NCBI GenBank assembly: GCA_038227875.1
Contig: JBBRPR010000020.1
Coordinates: forward strand, 1 to 64,000
Direction: 5' to 3'
Source of the DNA: Planctomycetota bacterium
GTDB taxonomy: Bacteria; Planctomycetota; SZUA-567; H5-PLA8
Length of the DNA stretch: 64,000 nt
Shown here: piece after piece, positions 62,764 to 64,000 of the stretch
How the letters are laid out: each line of letters opens with the position of its first letter
Position numbering within the stretch: the stretch's first letter is position 1
Translations under genes and position numbers: made by a program
Notes under the pieces: generated by a model
The model's input: only the letters and a program-made list of their open reading frames with translations
Database searches by the model: none
What the model was told of the DNA's origin: nothing

Positions 62764-63807
62764 TCAACCCGCCATTGGGAAATTCTTGGTCGTGTACGTT
62801 TTGCCGTCCTTGAACACCAGCAGTCCTTCCGCCGGCGTGTCCGAGATCAATTTCAGGCCGCGTTCCAAGCCCGCCACGCAGACGGCCGAAGAAAGTCCAT
62901 CGGCGTCAATCGCACGGTTGGTGACCACGGTGACGCTGGAGAAGACCAGCGGCGAGCGCCCGGTTGCCGGATCGAAAATGTGGTTGTAGACAAAGTCGTC
63001 GGAGAAGGTCGTGGCGTAGTCACCGGACGTAGCCAGGCACAGGCCGTCGAGCCTGGCCATGCCGATGTACGCATCGGGCTTGCGCGGATGCTGGATGCCC
63101 ACGGTCCACGGTGCGGGCGTCGCGTCGGGCTTGTTTCCCATCGCGCGGATTTCGCCGGTGTTGACCAGGGCGTGCTGAATGCCGAACTTCTTCAGCGCGT
63201 CGGCGCAGCGGTCGGCCGCGTAGCCCTGTGCGATGCCGTTGAACGTAATCGCCTGGCCTGCGCCGACTTGAATCTTGGAGTCGGAGTATTCGATTTTCGT
63301 CCAGTCGATCTTCTTGCGCGCGGCTTCGATTTCGGCGTCGCCGGGGAGCGCATTCTTCTTCTTCGCGGCCATGTACAGTTCCCACAGCGGCTGGACGGTC
63401 ACGTCAAATGCCCCTTCGCTGCGCTTGGAGAGCTTGAGCGCGGCCTTCAGACAATCGACGAAGTACGGATGCGGGTTGTTGAAAACGCCGTCGCGGTTGA
63501 GCTTCGAAATCTGGCTCTCAGGCCGGTAGATGCTCATCACGGATTCAACGGTTTCGAGTTCCCCGAACGCGGCGTCGAGCGCCTTGCGGGCGATGTCTTC
63601 GTCTTCGTGCATGACCAGCATCGAAATCTCAGTGCCCAGCGCGTACGACGTGCGCTTGGCGGTCTTCATGCCTTCCACCCCCAGCGCGGCGGCGGCCGGA
63701 CCGTCGCCGGCGAACGCTTTTTTCATCCACGGCATCAGGAGCGCAGCGCTGCCTGCACCAAAGGCCAGTTGAAAGAATTTGCGGCGGTTGAGGTTCGACA
63801 TGTTCAA
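62764..63807 (-). CDS. apbE: FAD:protein FMN transferase with Tat signal
   Basis: NRRKFF twin-arginine motif; ALGT, GAFDVTV.PL, NGIAQGY, LATSGDY, HIFDPATG, ADGLS. Confidence 0.95.
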   Translation of the reverse strand: MNMSNLNRRKFFQLAFGAGSAALLMPWMKKAFAGDGPAAAALGVEGMKTAKRTSYALGTEISMLVMHEDEDIARKALDAAFGELETVESVMSIYRPESQISKLNRDGVFNNPHPYFVDCLKAALKLSKRSEGAFDVTVQPLWELYMAAKKKNALPGDAEIEAARKKIDWTKIEYSDSKIQVGAGQAITFNGIAQGYAADRCADALKKFGIQHALVNTGEIRAMGNKPDATPAPWTVGIQHPRKPDAYIGMARLDGLCLATSGDYATTFSDDFVYNHIFDPATGRSPLVFSSVTVVTNRAIDADGLSSAVCVAGLERGLKLISDTPAEGLLVFKDGKTYTTKNFPMAG

Positions 63808-63816
63808 GTGCGCTCC

Positions 63817-64000
63817 TTAGTCCTGCTTTTCAATCCGGACGATGCGGCGGTGTTCTTCCAAGACCCATTCGACTTTAACTTTGTCACCCTTATTCAACTT
63901 TTCAAGGGTGCGAATCATGTCTTTGTCCAGATTTCCTTCCTTCGGGTTATCTTTGGTGGGAACCCAGCGCGGGGTGTACTTCTCGTTTTCGCCACCGTGG
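63817..64000 (-). CDS. Partial hypothetical protein (3' end), OB-fold-like
   Basis: My translation: ...KYTPRWVPTKDNPKEGNLDKDMIRTLEKLNKGDKVKVEWVLEEHRRIVRIEKQD*; open to the window edge, stop abuts the apbE SD. Confidence 0.7.
   Translation of the reverse strand, partial: HGGENEKYTPRWVPTKDNPKEGNLDKDMIRTLEKLNKGDKVKVEWVLEEHRRIVRIEKQD

Overview
High-GC bacterial chromosome segment, most likely Planctomycetota (inferred from HEAT/PKD surface proteins, a DWG-type Ser/Thr kinase with LRRs, several ECF sigma/anti-sigma pairs and an HzsA-related protein). It holds about 47 CDS. I saw no rRNA, tRNA, CRISPR array or transposase. Main contents: a Zn-finger / 12xPKD-HEAT / degenerate comEC operon; a 1931-aa PDZ/LamG-like protein; moxR; an HzsA-related c-type heme protein; an SKS-repeat protein next to a sterol-desaturase-family gene; three minor type IV pilin-like genes; housekeeping genes (thiolase, HU/IHF, a sigma70 that seems to need a non-canonical start codon, glycerate kinase, murQ, DEAD helicase). 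Two candidate undescribed systems stand out. (i) An ECF sigma-FecR cassette whose third gene fuses an STN signalling domain to a transglutaminase-like enzyme instead of a TonB-dependent receptor. (ii) An extracytosolic flavinylation operon: Tat-exported ApbE, two TPR-FMN-binding paralogs with a variant [ST]SAT motif, a secreted Vgb-like propeller, and a NapH/NapG-like polyferredoxin carrying an aminoacylase-like insert. Several REP/MITE-like inverted-repeat elements lie in intergenic gaps. All family assignments come from motifs read by eye; no database searches were run.
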